Part shown: positions 31,674 to 41,590 of the stretch, piece by piece
Numbering within the stretch: position 1 is the stretch's first letter
How the letters are laid out: each line of letters starts with the position of its first letter
NCBI GenBank assembly: GCA_964519615.1
Contig: CAZFIM010000001.1
Coordinates: 37,065-101,064 of the forward strand
Reading direction: 5' to 3'
DNA from: an uncultured Dehalococcoidales bacterium
GTDB lineage: Bacteria > Chloroflexota > Dehalococcoidia > GIF9 > UBA5629
Length of the DNA stretch: 64,000 nt
Translations under genes and position numbers: made by a program
The notes under the pieces: generated by a model
Told to the model about the DNA's origin: nothing
Databases searched by the model: none
Seen by the model: the letters and a program-made list of their open reading frames with translations, nothing else

Positions 31674-33635
31674 CTAGAGCAAAGACGCGGTGCTGAAAGC
31701 ACTTCGCATTGCTTTTTGCACATTACCAGGCACGTTGCAGTCACCAATCATGAAAAACCTATCGGCTATGCCGTAAAATTTAAGTGCCATGTCGCTCTTA
31801 GCCTTCATACCTGCGGCAATAATTACACTGTCAGCTTCAATACTATGATCGACTCCCTCGGCATCCGTATATATTATTCCATTCTCCCGAATAGTCTTAC
31901 AATATGCCTTTAAGATATATTTAAATGTTGGTAGCTTCTCCCATGCTTCTCTGAACATGCCGTAGAAATGGACAGGCGCAACATTTGGTGCCAGCATATC
32001 AAGCATCTCCAATAAAATGATATGGTGTCCTTTCTCGGCTAGATGCATCCCGGTTTCTACACCGACCTCTCCACCACCGATAATTACAACCTTTTTTGCC
32101 AGCGATTCCTCATTCCCGTAAACATTTTCGGCAAACAGAACATTACTCCCATCCACGCCGGGAATCCGTGGAACAACTGGCTGAGCGCCTATAGCAACAA
32201 GCACGGCATCATAATGATCTTTTTTAAGTATTTCTGGAGTTGCTTCTGTATTCAAGAGTACTTTTACATTTGCTTTTTCAATCTGTCGGACAAGGTAGTT
32301 TTTAAAATCTCGCTGTGGCCATTTGAAAGAAACGTTATCAGTCGTTTTGAGGAGTCCCCCCAGAGAATCGCTTTTTTCGTATAATGTTACATGATGTCCT
32401 CTGCCGGCTGCTATCAAGCTTGCTTCCATCCCTGCTGGTCCTCCACCTATAACCGCAATGTTCTTTATATCAGTAGGAGGCGAAATCATCCTTTCGATTT
32501 TATGCTCCAACCCCCATACAGGGTTGACCGAGCATACACTGACCTTTGGGTCTGCGGGGGCTCTCCTCAGACACATATTACATCTCATACAGGGCACCAC
32601 ATCCTCCCCTCTCCCCTCGTATGCTAAGCGGCCGAAATTCGGGTTGCTTATCCAGACTCTGGCCATGGCGATGAAATCAGCTTTTCCCGAAGCAATAATA
32701 CTCTCACAAACATCTAGGTCCTGATATCCGCCAACAGTTACGATAGCAATGTTTTCTACACTCTTTTTAACGGCCTCTGCCATATAAAGGTACGGCGTGC
32801 GCTCCGGCATAAAGCCGGTGGGATGCGCAGGATCGATCTCCGGCGCCCTTATCTGGAGCAGGTCAATATGACCGGCGAACATCTTTGCATACTCCACGGC
32901 ATCCTCCAGGGTAAAACCTCCCGGCGGTTCGCAGCCGCTCATATTTGCTTCAATAAGGAAATCACGTCCGCACTTCTGCTTAATTCGATCGGCAACCATA
33001 AGCGGAAAACGTGCCCTGTTTTCCAGACTCCCGCCGTATTGGTCCGTTCTCTTGTTTGTAAGGGGAGATAAAAACCTCCCTAATATAGTAAACCTGTACG
33101 CCATATGTAGATACACCATATCAAAGCCCATGGATTTCATCATAAATGCCTGATGCACAAAATATTCGGCAACTTCATCCAGTAAATCCGCGGGAATTTC
33201 TTCACCTGTTCTGGGAGTAGCAAAACCTACATCTACAGAAAGGATCCCACTACTCACATCGTATTTAATCGGCACGTAGCCGCCGATCTGCATTGATGCC
33301 CTGGCACCATAGAAGTGGATTGCATCAGCCATCTGGCTGATGTAATTCTGGCAGTGCACATTATCAATATCAAAGGTACCCGGCAATATCCGCTTTGGGG
33401 AATACGTTTTTAGCTCGTCATCGGGAATTACCTCCGGCATGCCCACTCCTTTGCAGGTAACAAGAGCCGCACCGTTTCTGGCTTTATTGGCATAATGTGT
33501 AATCAGAGGCTCGGTAGGATATGGTTCTGAGCCCTGGATATAGCGGGGTGAGCTCCGCGATGCGATCATCCTATTTTTAAAAACGCTGTTGCCTACTTTA
33601 ATAGGTGACAATAGATTTTGGTATTTATGAGACAT
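31674..33635 (-). CDS. NADH:flavin oxidoreductase of the 2,4-dienoyl-CoA reductase/2-enoate reductase type (OYE TIM-barrel plus 4Fe-4S plus FAD/NAD(P) domain)
   Basis: 653 aa. Cys cluster CMRCNMCL..C. Two Rossmann GxGxxG motifs (VIGGGPAGME, IIGGGEVG). Confidence 0.8.
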   Translation of the reverse strand: MSHKYQNLLSPIKVGNSVFKNRMIASRSSPRYIQGSEPYPTEPLITHYANKARNGAALVTCKGVGMPEVIPDDELKTYSPKRILPGTFDIDNVHCQNYISQMADAIHFYGARASMQIGGYVPIKYDVSSGILSVDVGFATPRTGEEIPADLLDEVAEYFVHQAFMMKSMGFDMVYLHMAYRFTILGRFLSPLTNKRTDQYGGSLENRARFPLMVADRIKQKCGRDFLIEANMSGCEPPGGFTLEDAVEYAKMFAGHIDLLQIRAPEIDPAHPTGFMPERTPYLYMAEAVKKSVENIAIVTVGGYQDLDVCESIIASGKADFIAMARVWISNPNFGRLAYEGRGEDVVPCMRCNMCLRRAPADPKVSVCSVNPVWGLEHKIERMISPPTDIKNIAVIGGGPAGMEASLIAAGRGHHVTLYEKSDSLGGLLKTTDNVSFKWPQRDFKNYLVRQIEKANVKVLLNTEATPEILKKDHYDAVLVAIGAQPVVPRIPGVDGSNVLFAENVYGNEESLAKKVVIIGGGEVGVETGMHLAEKGHHIILLEMLDMLAPNVAPVHFYGMFREAWEKLPTFKYILKAYCKTIRENGIIYTDAEGVDHSIEADSVIIAAGMKAKSDMALKFYGIADRFFMIGDCNVPGNVQKAMRSAFSTASLL

Positions 33636-34213
33636 AAGAACTCCTTTTTAATACTATTTTAACCAGTTAATCGTTTGTGGCGAAGTAAAACGATATGTTA
33701 AGAACGACCACTCGTACCCACCGGATTCGGGCTAGAAAAAGCGACACCCCCAAAACCCCGGCCGGTTAATGGCGAATATAGCCATTGAGGAATAGCCTGC
33801 CTCCTTCCTATAAGTACCTTTAATAACAGCGGAAGAAATAGAGATAGGCCGCTTAAATCACTTCTTATACCACTATACTGCTCTACGCTTAAACTTGGCC
33901 TTCTCCGGAGATCTTGCACGTTTGCAGTATGGGCGTCTCAAGGGAACCATGTTAGTACCATACCAAATCAATCACATGTTATTACCGTGCCAATAGTTGC
34001 TATCGCAATAATATCTAATGGGATCAATAAGACATACAATGCTCAACTCTTGTGAACAGAAGCACCCGATACAATAGCTGATCATGCCTAATAATATCTA
34101 TTGTCGCTGATAGAATATCAATCCGTAGTACGGTGACCCAATTTACATGGACAGTATCCAGTATCACCTTAATAAATCTTCCGCCGTTTTCATTAATGGT
34201 TATGCATATCCGC

Positions 34214-34882
34214 CTATACAGTGGTTCCCTGTATAGGCGGCATGTTATGTTTCCTTCTGTCAATAATGGAAAGAAAAGCTTGACTTAATCCAATTTCTTC
34301 CCAATTCTGATCGTGTAATGAGGGAATAAAATAAACGCTGGTGCTTTTTATGCCGCCGGATAAAAGGGGTTTGGCTTTCCCGGAATCAACTAATGAGAAT
34401 ACAGGACTCTCCTTATCGTCTTGAAGGCCGAATAGTATTGCCTGTGCCGGACATGTTTCCACACACTTGGGTAGTAAACCTTTCTCTAGCCGGTCAGCGC
34501 AGAAATCACACACATCAGCTTTACCGTCCGGTCCAATATATATAACGCCATAGGGGCAAACGCCGGCACATAGTCCGCATCCATTACAACTTTCCTTATC
34601 TATTCTAATTATGCCGTCACTTCCCTGAGTTATAGCACCAGCATGACAAAAAGTTAAACAAACCGGATTTTCACAATGCATGCAATGTAGAGGTATAAAA
34701 GCCCTTTCTACCGTGGGAAATTTACCATATTCCCACTCGGCATATATCAATCTAGAATACTCGTATTTATGTGTTTTATCCCTGGGGTGAGCCAGTATAC
34801 CATGTTCTTTTTTACAGCTTACATAGCAGGTTCTGCAGCGAACACACTTGTTAAGATCTATGACCATTGCGTATTGTGCCAT
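34214..34882 (-). CDS. 4Fe-4S ferredoxin-type electron-transfer subunit (DmsB/PsrB-like) of molybdoenzyme
   Basis: Four CxxCxxCxxxCP-type motifs. Confidence 0.8.
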   Translation of the reverse strand: MAQYAMVIDLNKCVRCRTCYVSCKKEHGILAHPRDKTHKYEYSRLIYAEWEYGKFPTVERAFIPLHCMHCENPVCLTFCHAGAITQGSDGIIRIDKESCNGCGLCAGVCPYGVIYIGPDGKADVCDFCADRLEKGLLPKCVETCPAQAILFGLQDDKESPVFSLVDSGKAKPLLSGGIKSTSVYFIPSLHDQNWEEIGLSQAFLSIIDRRKHNMPPIQGTTV

Positions 34883-34883
34883 C

Positions 34884-37370
34884 CTAAGCCTCTTTATCGA
34901 TTTTTTGCAGCTTTACTATCGAGTAGTTTTTACCTACTCCTGCCGCATATGGGGAGACAGTCGTTGGAATAAGTCTGTTCATAGCTATAGCTGTATCGGC
35001 CTTATCGAGTTTATGTGTGGACTTATGTCCCGAGGCAAAATATATCCACAAAGCACTGGGATGCAATCCTTCAGTTACCTTTACCTTTGCCCTTTCTTTG
35101 TTCCCTACCGCTGTTTCATCATAAACACAACTATCCGTCTGTTTGGTTGGCCCTATACAGGTAACCTCGACAAGATCACCATCTGCTATATCCAGCTTCC
35201 CGGCTCGTTCGGTGTTAATGTACAATGTAGTATAAGGACATCCGCCCTCAATACCATCTTCCATTAAATACAAATTATTCTGAGTTGCACTTTTTTGATG
35301 CCACGATGCTTTCCCACATGTAAGAATAAATTCATCATCTCCGTCAGGTTGTGCCGTCGGTATATAATTTGGAAGCGGGCTCACGTGTGGGTTCCCTTTC
35401 CATACAGAATTAGTGTTGAAATAACATTCCTCAGCAAGCTCATTGGAATACATTTCAAACCGTCCACTTCTGGTTTTAATGGGCTTATAAAGTAAGTTAT
35501 ATTCAAGTGGATGTGATTCTAAGTAGGGGCCGTCATCAATCAACTGCCTGCTATTTACTCCGGGGTATAACCCGGCTCGCTTTAACATCCTGTCCCACCA
35601 TCCATAATCCAGGTCCAGTTTAGAAAAGTATTTCTCCATGCCAGCTTTTTTAGCCACCTCCACAAGAAACCAGCTAAGCGATTTTGCCTCTCCCGGCGGA
35701 GGGATCACCGCCGATCTCATATACAGGACATCGTGTTCTTTTCCGTCCGTGCCGATATAATTACGCTGATATAAGTGATATCTTTCCAGATAAGACGCTT
35801 CGGGAATTACGTAATCAGCCATATCGGTAAACTCTTTATATATCTGCTCACCTACAATGACAAGCTCAAGGTCGCTAATGCACCCGTTCACCAGATCAGA
35901 ATTAGACTGTGTAAGAGCGGCATTTTCAGCCGATGATAATACTGCTCGTACTTTTTTCTCTTTGATTGCATCAAAATGCAGCCACGGGAGCGCTACAGTG
36001 GCGGGATGGAATTTTCGCGGGTTTTCATAACAGGATGCTTTATCGATTGCCTCAATCGATATCATGTTTCCCCAGGGTCCTGGAACAGTATTAAGCTTAT
36101 CCCGATAGTCGGGGACTTCCGGAGGCTCCGGCCACCCATTGCCCAGATCGAATTTATGTTTGAGACAATAGTATCCCCCGGGTTTTTCGAAATTGCCAAG
36201 CAGCATATTGGTTGCACTGAACGCTCTTAGCGTCTGGAACCAGTTTGGATACCTCCCGGATGTGAAACCGGGATACAGGATTACAGCCGGTTTATTATTA
36301 CCGAGGTATCTTGCTATTTCCGCTACCTTCTCTTCCGGGAATGGTATATCAGCAGAATATTTCAGGGCTTCTTCCGCGAACATTTGAAAAACTGTTTTAC
36401 ATGTTATCGTTTCCCCGTTGTGTTCGACTTTAAAAGTCTGCCCTGAACCAAGCGTCAGGCCGTCTCGCATGCCCGCGCCTGGTAGAGGCTGTGCTGAACT
36501 GGTAGTGGTATTCCAGACCAGGTACATACCGTCTTTATTTGTCAGCGCCTGTCCATTGTCTTCACGTACAAGCTGACACGCATTTGTATAATTGAGAAGA
36601 AATTCCTCATCATACAGGTTTTCTTTAATCAGAATAGCCGCTATGTTTAACGCAAATGTTGCGTCTGTACCTGGCTTAATAGGGATCCATTCATCGCACC
36701 ATGCTGATGAGTCACTGAGCTTTGGATCAACTACAATAAATTTACATCCCTGCTCTCTGGCTTTGTTTGCCATAGCGTACATAGGTATGCTGCATGGAGA
36801 ACAATTACCCGGAAAGTTTTGTCCTCCTATCACCGCATATTTTGTTTTTGTGAAATCAACTGAAATTGAAAGGAAGGAGGGACCATGATTTTCACCAAAA
36901 GTAATCATTTTTTCCACAGCATGATCGCCAAAGCATGCCTGGCCGTGCAAATATGAGATGCCGGTTTTCATCACCGCAGACCAGTAATGTAAAAAGGGAA
37001 CCTTGTCTTGTTGATCGGGGCATCCCCACCATATTTCAAAATAATTTGGATACTCAGAATGATCATATCCCTGAAGTTTAGATGCCAGAGCCCCGATAAC
37101 CTCATCCCATGTACATCTGATGAATTTACCCTCACCTCTTTCTCCTATTCTCTTCAGAGGATATAATATTCTATTAGACGGATATACCCGGTCACTGACT
37201 CCTGAAATAGCTTTGCCGCAGATTTTCCCATTCCAATCAGGCAAGTCTTCTCCGGCTACTTCAACAATCCTGCCGTCTTTAACCCTCGCTTTCATCGGTG
37301 CGCCTATGCACATTGCGCAACCGCTATGCATCCACTTCCCATCTTCTTCACTTTTTTTTACGAACGCCAT
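34884..37370 (-). CDS. DMSO-reductase-family Mo/W-bisPGD oxidoreductase catalytic subunit, cytoplasmic (no TAT signal), atypical N-terminal H-x2-C-x2-C..C motif
   Basis: 828 aa. N-terminus HSGCAMC...KICGKA. Molybdopterin-binding fold throughout. Confidence 0.75.
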   Translation of the reverse strand: MAFVKKSEEDGKWMHSGCAMCIGAPMKARVKDGRIVEVAGEDLPDWNGKICGKAISGVSDRVYPSNRILYPLKRIGERGEGKFIRCTWDEVIGALASKLQGYDHSEYPNYFEIWWGCPDQQDKVPFLHYWSAVMKTGISYLHGQACFGDHAVEKMITFGENHGPSFLSISVDFTKTKYAVIGGQNFPGNCSPCSIPMYAMANKAREQGCKFIVVDPKLSDSSAWCDEWIPIKPGTDATFALNIAAILIKENLYDEEFLLNYTNACQLVREDNGQALTNKDGMYLVWNTTTSSAQPLPGAGMRDGLTLGSGQTFKVEHNGETITCKTVFQMFAEEALKYSADIPFPEEKVAEIARYLGNNKPAVILYPGFTSGRYPNWFQTLRAFSATNMLLGNFEKPGGYYCLKHKFDLGNGWPEPPEVPDYRDKLNTVPGPWGNMISIEAIDKASCYENPRKFHPATVALPWLHFDAIKEKKVRAVLSSAENAALTQSNSDLVNGCISDLELVIVGEQIYKEFTDMADYVIPEASYLERYHLYQRNYIGTDGKEHDVLYMRSAVIPPPGEAKSLSWFLVEVAKKAGMEKYFSKLDLDYGWWDRMLKRAGLYPGVNSRQLIDDGPYLESHPLEYNLLYKPIKTRSGRFEMYSNELAEECYFNTNSVWKGNPHVSPLPNYIPTAQPDGDDEFILTCGKASWHQKSATQNNLYLMEDGIEGGCPYTTLYINTERAGKLDIADGDLVEVTCIGPTKQTDSCVYDETAVGNKERAKVKVTEGLHPSALWIYFASGHKSTHKLDKADTAIAMNRLIPTTVSPYAAGVGKNYSIVKLQKIDKEA

Positions 37371-37467
37371 TGACTCTCCTTTGTCTAAAGCACATATTGC
37401 TATTTCCGGGTTAATAGTTCAGGAAGTTATCATCACCAACTGTTTCTTTTGCCGCAAATACAGCAGC

Positions 37468-38769
37468 TCATCCGGTCATATGCGTTGGCAGGAACATGGC
37501 TATTTCCGGAAACAGGATAAGCAGGATGATGCAGACGAACATTGGTATTATGAAGGGAATAACGCCTCTAAATATTGTGCCAAGCGAAATATCGCGGGCA
37601 ACTCCGTGGATAACATATACATTCATACCAAATGGAGGAGTAATCATACCCATCTCCATCATGATGACTACTATTACTCCGAACCAGATAAGATCATAGC
37701 CGACAGCCTGTACAGCAGGGTAAAAAATAGGTATCGTCAGTAGTATCATAGCCAGAGTATCCAGAAAACAGCCAAGGATTAAATATACAACTACAATAAC
37801 TATAATAACCACATAAGGAGTCTGGAGCGTACCAAGAATATCAGAAAGTACAAAAGGTATTTTTGAAAACGCAATAAAGGACGAAAATATAAGGGCTCCA
37901 ATAAGTATTGTGAAAATCATACCGGTGGTTATCATCGTTTCGGTGATGGACGTGCGTATTCCCTTCCATGTAAGCTTACGGCTTGCGAGAGCTATAATAA
38001 AGACAAGAAGAGCTCCCACCGCGCCTGCTTCTGTAGGTGTAAAAATCCCAGCATATATGCCTCCCATCATACCGATAAAGACGATCAATACAGGCCATAC
38101 TCCTGAGAGCGATTTCACCATTTCCTTAAATGGAGCGCGCTTTATGGCAGGCCCCATAGTGCCATCAATTCTGCACAATATGTATATGGTGCCTAAAAAT
38201 AGTAGCGCGAGGAGTATACCGGGTATAAAACCGGCAAGTAAAAGCTTGCCTACTGATTCTTCGACAAGTATTGCATAGATAACAAGCGGCACACTTGGTG
38301 GTATTAGTATACCCAGAGTACCTCCCGCAGCCACACAACCAGTCGCCAGCTTTTGAGAGTACTTATAGCGCTTCATTTCCGGCAGTGCGACAGCCCCCAT
38401 GGTAGCCGATGTGGCAAAACTCGAACCTGAGAGAGCAGCAAAAGCAGCACACGCCACAATACTGGCCATTGCCAGTCCGCCTTTTATATGTCCGACCCAC
38501 TTGTATGTAGTAGAGTAGAGGTCTACGCTTATGGCTGAATGAAAAGAGAACTGCCCCATTATAATAAACAAAGGAACAACACTTAGCGAATATGCTGCGA
38601 TAGTGTTATACGGGATTGTCCCAAGACAGGAAAGAGCGGAATCCATACCTCTGAAATAAATCAGTCCCAGAAATCCAATACCAGCCATCGAAAACGCAAT
38701 GGGCAATCTCAAAAACATGAGCACAATAAGAAGGGCAAGTCCTATAATACCAATTGTTACACTGCTCAT
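37468..38769 (-). CDS. dctM: TRAP transporter large permease DctM
   Basis: 433 aa, 12+ TM helices, DctM profile. Confidence 0.85.
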   Translation of the reverse strand: MSSVTIGIIGLALLIVLMFLRLPIAFSMAGIGFLGLIYFRGMDSALSCLGTIPYNTIAAYSLSVVPLFIIMGQFSFHSAISVDLYSTTYKWVGHIKGGLAMASIVACAAFAALSGSSFATSATMGAVALPEMKRYKYSQKLATGCVAAGGTLGILIPPSVPLVIYAILVEESVGKLLLAGFIPGILLALLFLGTIYILCRIDGTMGPAIKRAPFKEMVKSLSGVWPVLIVFIGMMGGIYAGIFTPTEAGAVGALLVFIIALASRKLTWKGIRTSITETMITTGMIFTILIGALIFSSFIAFSKIPFVLSDILGTLQTPYVVIIVIVVVYLILGCFLDTLAMILLTIPIFYPAVQAVGYDLIWFGVIVVIMMEMGMITPPFGMNVYVIHGVARDISLGTIFRGVIPFIIPMFVCIILLILFPEIAMFLPTHMTG

Positions 38770-39263
38770 TTTTTCATGGCCTCCCCAATGTTAGACAAGA
38801 TTTTTACCAGCAAAACGATGCATAGCAAGAAGAGGCCAAAGGCGAATATATAGATGAAAATTGAATCCGGCAAGTGTAGAACGGCAGAATATTGGCCGTA
38901 TTTTAACAATTTACTGCCATAGACAAAGGTTTGCCACGATATCAGACCAAATATGCAAAGCGCAAATAGATGAGTGATGATATAAACTATGGCCTGTGCC
39001 CTGCTCGGGAACGAAAAAAAGGTTACCGTAACATGCCTGTCGTGGATCATTGTATAGGATATTGCAAAACCTACCAGAACAACCAGTGTAAATACGATTA
39101 ACTCGAAGTCCCCAGGTATAGGGCTATTGAAGAGATATCGCAATATTACAGTTACGAAGGTGAAAAACATCATAAGAATAATAAGCATTCCACCCAAAAG
39201 GCTCAGTGCCCCGCTGACGGGATAAAATATCTTTTTTATGAATGCGGCTATTGCATCTATCAT
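38766..39263 (-). CDS. dctQ: TRAP transporter small permease DctQ
   Basis: 165 aa, 4 TM helices. 4-nt overlap with dctM. Confidence 0.7.
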   Translation of the reverse strand: MIDAIAAFIKKIFYPVSGALSLLGGMLIILMMFFTFVTVILRYLFNSPIPGDFELIVFTLVVLVGFAISYTMIHDRHVTVTFFSFPSRAQAIVYIITHLFALCIFGLISWQTFVYGSKLLKYGQYSAVLHLPDSIFIYIFAFGLFLLCIVLLVKILSNIGEAMKK

Positions 39264-39426
39264 ATAAACCTCATTCAGGTTAATACTATATCAGCTTTAT
39301 CAATTATCGATTAAGTCTGGCGACTGCTATATGCGGTATGTAACAAGATGACTATGTGGGAGATGGGCAAACCTTTCATTTAATGGTCTGCCCATCCCGT
39401 TGTCACCATTTAAGACACTTTACAGA

Positions 39427-40503
39427 CTATTTATATTCTGCAGACATCTCCAGTGCTGCGTTTACCATTTCCGTGCCTGGGAATCCTTTAGCATCCATAT
39501 CTGCAGCCCATTGGTCCCTCTGAGGTTTTACTGCCGCTTCAAATTTAGCCTTTTCAGCGGCTGAGACCTCTACTAATACCTGTCCCCCTTCAATGATTTT
39601 ATCGTAGGCGTTCCGGTCCATATCATACATTACCTGGGCATATACCTGTGAAGCTTTAGCTCCCGCATACTCATCGAACACTGCTTTTACATCTGCGGGC
39701 AAGCTATTATATTTTTCTTTGTTCATTACTACAAGGTGGCTGGTAGTTGCGATATCGACCATGGTCGTATATTTTGCTACCTCCCACAGTTTAAAGGCAT
39801 TATAACCTTCCCATTCGAACAGGGATCCATCCAGTGTGCCTCTTTCTATGGAAGTATAGATCTCTGAGGGAGGCATAGCCACCGGGACTGCCCCTGTCAA
39901 TGTAACCGTTTCTGTGGGGATACTCCCCGTTACTCTTATCTTCTTCCCTTTAAGGTCCGCGATTGTTTCTACCGGTTCAACCATTTGAAACTTTCTGGCA
40001 CCAAGCGGCGACCAGACCAGTACCTTCACATCGGCAAAATCATCCAGCATCTCAGGGAACATTTCATGAAGCCCCATGGCAACGCGGGTAGCGTTCACAC
40101 CGTCGCCAGGAAATATAAGCGGAAGTTCGACAATTTCATGCATAGGAAAACGGCCTGAGAGATAAGCGGGATTGATTAAAATGATATCTGCCGTGCCTTC
40201 TACAGCCAGGTCATACTGCTCCACCGATTTACCTAAAGCACCACCGACATACATTTCAAATGTCATTTTGCCATTGGTAGCATCTTTGATTTCGTTACAT
40301 ACAGCCTCCATGCTTACAGGGCCACCCGCAGGTCCGGGATCTGCCGTAGAAACGATTAAATTAACAACTTCAGTTGTATCCGGTATTGTTGATGGTGCAG
40401 GTGCCGGTTCAGTCGACGGGCTAGGTGCTGGCTGCGCACAACCAAGCATAGTCGAGCCCGCAATGATTACACTCACCATCAAAAGTATAAAGATTTTATT
40501 CAT
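39427..40503 (-). CDS. dctP: TRAP transporter solute-binding lipoprotein DctP-type
   Basis: Lipobox LGC followed by a Pro/Ala/Ser-rich linker. DctP-family fold. Confidence 0.8.
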   Translation of the reverse strand: MNKIFILLMVSVIIAGSTMLGCAQPAPSPSTEPAPAPSTIPDTTEVVNLIVSTADPGPAGGPVSMEAVCNEIKDATNGKMTFEMYVGGALGKSVEQYDLAVEGTADIILINPAYLSGRFPMHEIVELPLIFPGDGVNATRVAMGLHEMFPEMLDDFADVKVLVWSPLGARKFQMVEPVETIADLKGKKIRVTGSIPTETVTLTGAVPVAMPPSEIYTSIERGTLDGSLFEWEGYNAFKLWEVAKYTTMVDIATTSHLVVMNKEKYNSLPADVKAVFDEYAGAKASQVYAQVMYDMDRNAYDKIIEGGQVLVEVSAAEKAKFEAAVKPQRDQWAADMDAKGFPGTEMVNAALEMSAEYK

Positions 40504-40727
40504 TAGTATGCCTCCTTATAACGTTTAATAGTTTAGTTGCCAGGTAAAAACATCACAAAAGTTAATATAAAGCACGAATAATGAAAATACGAGACGCCAT
40601 AATTCCTACATTTTACTTAAATGTCCAACGGATGTATATATGTAAAATTAACTACTACTAAATAGTTATTTATTTGTTATAATTAATACTACTTCTTTAT
40701 TAATTCTGGCTTCTTCGAGAACTTAAA

Positions 40728-41377
40728 ATGAAGATAATGGTTGCTGATAAAAGAGAGCTATTTCGTGAAGGTTTAACCACTCTACTCAAAGCTAAATATG
40801 GGCGTAAATCGGTTTTTTCTTGTTCTGATCCGTCTAAATGCATAACAAAATGCATGGAGTGTGAGCCTGATATTATCATTATAGATATAGAGATTTACGA
40901 AAAAGATAGGAATCTGATAGAGGAAATACACAAATCTCTTCCCAATACAAAAATCCTGGTATTGACACATTCGATAAATAATGCTGATATGATTAATGCG
41001 ATAAAAAGCGGTTCGCGCGGATATCAAAGGACGTTTCGCTTCAACACCTTTGTGCGGTTATCACCAGTATTGCTTCGGGAGAAATGGTTATATCGGAGCC
41101 TTTGGCTTCAAGTATATTAAAAAAAGAAGGCATTTTTAAGTCTGATTTAGATAATTTTAATGAAAAAGATATTGCTGGTCTCACGGAAAAAGAAAAAAAA
41201 GTGTTGGCGCTATTGGCTAAAGGAGCTTCAAATAAACAAATAGCGCAGGAACTTAAGATTAGTGAAAATACAGTAAAAGCCCATATGCGAAATATATTTG
41301 AAAAACTGCGCGTACACAGCAGGCAGCAGGCGATATCTGTGCTATTTGGGAATAATCGGGCTTCTCAATCTGCCTGA
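40728..41377 (+). pseudogene. NarL/LuxR-family response regulator, frameshifted (REC domain in frame 1, linker plus LuxR HTH in frame 2)
   Basis: ORF 40728..41120 encodes a REC-like domain ending ..SGSRGY. Shifting reading frame at ~41021 gives [27 protein letters not shown].. continuing into the LuxR HTH of ORF 41084..41377. The REC has an atypical acidic pocket (VADKRE instead of DD). Confidence 0.55.
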
Positions 41378-41440
41378 TCCTAGATTTGCATCCGTTTTTA
41401 AACTCTATTCAAAGTAGTAGATTTGTCTCTTAGATGAAAA

Positions 41441-41467
41441 ACAATCCGATTCAACGAATCGGATTGT
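41441..41467 (-). terminator. perfect 11-bp hairpin with short U-tract on the minus strand (possible secondary terminator)
   Basis: ACAATCCGATT-caacg-AATCGGATTGT. The minus-strand 3' flank is TTTTC. Confidence 0.3.
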
Positions 41468-41537
41468 TGGAAGAAAGGTACCTTAGGCATCATCAATCTC
41501 ATCCGGTACATTTTGCCACAACGCCGCTAGCAGCTAT

Positions 41538-41578
41538 TTAAAGAAGCGCTTGAGCGAAAGCAGGAAAAGCGGTAGCTT
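41538..41578 (+). repeat. direct repeat copy B (intergenic relic of PGI/PMI 3' end)
   Basis: TTAAAGAAGCGCTTGAGCGAAAGCAGGAAAAGCGGTAGCTT. Confidence 0.7.
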
Positions 41579-41590
41579 ATCTGAAATTCA

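Larger units (their letters stand above)
31458..41537. other. putative inserted genomic islet (AT-richer; catabolic gene set) bounded by the direct repeats
   Basis: Flanking ~32-41 nt direct repeats. Composition is visibly AT-richer than the flanking SAM-cycle and ribosomal genes. No integrase seen. Confidence 0.4.

Noticed and set aside
34024-34263. 79-aa minus-strand ORF in the AT-rich spacer
   Set aside because: No RBS, low-complexity product, and it overlaps the ferredoxin-gene stop and palindrome.
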